A stretch of DNA of 5,438 bases from Patescibacteria group bacterium (GTDB lineage Bacteria; Patescibacteriota; Minisyncoccia; UBA6257; HR35): contig JAMCWY010000008.1 in assembly GCA_023480925.1 (NCBI GenBank), forward strand, positions 1 through 5,438. The letters run 5' to 3'. The notes under the pieces were generated by a model. It saw only the letters and a list, made by a program, of their open reading frames with translations. It was not told the origin of the DNA and searched no databases. Position numbers and translations under genes: made by a program. Positions 4,916-5,438 of this stretch are shown here, piece after piece. Numbering within the stretch: position 1 is the first letter of the stretch; each line of letters starts with the position of its first letter.

Positions 4916-5438
4916 TCCTGAATCGGGTTGGATTTGCAATAATTAAGATTGGAACATAAATTATTGTTTGACTGAGCCGCACACTGAGAATTCGGCGGCG
5001 TCGCTCCGCTTGAACAGATATAACAAACGCCCAAGTAACAAGCCGGCACAGAAGGTTGATTACTTGGACCGATTGAACAAAAATTACTAATCTGACTTTG
5101 GCTGGCGGATGTTTGGTCTAAAACATAAAAATAAACCTTATTTGATTGAACCCCGCCGCTGCTAATATAAATTGACCATAAAATTCCCGGGTTGCCCGAG
5201 TTTGACGAAAAACTTCCCTCGAACGGCAGACTGATCGAACCAAGTTGATTATTTTGTCCATTATTCTCGTTAGTTAAGTAAAGCGTCCCGCCGCTGACAT
5301 TACTAACGATCCTATAATCACTTGCCGACCAAACCGCGCACTGAAGATTATTATTAGCATAAGCGTTGCCAGACGGTTTAGTCGAGCAACCAGCGGGGAT
5401 CATACTGCTCGTGGGAAAGCTGGGTTTGCGATAAAGAG
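4912..5438 (-). CDS. Hypothetical Cys-rich, Asn/Ser/Gly/Gln-rich protein, likely secreted or surface-located; the 5' end runs off the window
   Basis: The reading frame stays open from the TGA (4914..4912) to the window edge. Codons upstream of the ATG at 5403 read ...LYRKPSFPTSS with no stop, so the true start is probably beyond 5438. No competing ORF exists on the other strand. The composition is very polar and nearly uncharged, with 9 Cys. I recognise no family. Confidence 0.6.
   Translation of the reverse strand, partial: LYRKPSFPTSSMIPAGCSTKPSGNAYANNNLQCAVWSASDYRIVSNVSGGTLYLTNENNGQNNQLGSISLPFEGSFSSNSGNPGILWSIYISSGGVQSNKVYFYVLDQTSASQSQISNFCSIGPSNQPSVPACYLGVCYICSSGATPPNSQCAAQSNNNLCSNLNYCKSNPIQE

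Noticed and set aside
1-5438. Alternative genetic code (UGA recoded, as in Gracilibacteria, Absconditabacteria or Mycoplasma)
   Set aside because: TGA terminates three well-delimited genes (42..44, 1339..1341, 4912..4914) at sensible lengths. None of the conserved proteins (SecD, SecF, PfkB, HPF) needs read-through. The tRNA-Trp anticodon is CCA, not UCA.

Overview
This looks like a compact, moderately AT-rich bacterial housekeeping locus. By eye it resembles a small-genome uncultured lineage such as CPR/Patescibacteria, but that placement is inference only. All genes except one lie on the minus strand. Read in the minus-strand transcription direction (high to low coordinates), the order is as follows. 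(1) A 5'-truncated ORF for a Cys-rich, charge-poor protein (4912..5438); its TGA stop overlaps (2) a short-form ribosome hibernation factor, hpf (4586..4915), in an ATGA junction. (3) A 76-nt spacer carrying an extended -10 element. (4) secD (3178..4509), secF (2325..3176) and a PfkB/ribokinase-family sugar kinase (1339..2322), packed with only 1-2 nt between genes. (5) tRNA-Trp(CCA) (1235..1307) with its own candidate promoter. On the plus strand, converging on the tRNA, is a zinc-ribbon protein of the function-unknown RNHCP domain family (865..1212). A roughly 390-nt region with no convincing gene (468..864) separates it from a divergently transcribed 4-TM membrane protein (42..467). I see no CRISPR array, transposase, integrase, terminal inverted repeats, toxin-antitoxin pair or recognisable defence genes. 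TGA, TAA and TAG all act as stops, so the standard bacterial code applies. I do not find a convincing multi-gene novel system. The items most worth a second look are the Cys-rich ORF coupled to hpf, the RNHCP protein, the structured long intergenic region, a Ser/Thr/Ala repeat insert in SecD and a non-canonical tRNA-Trp.
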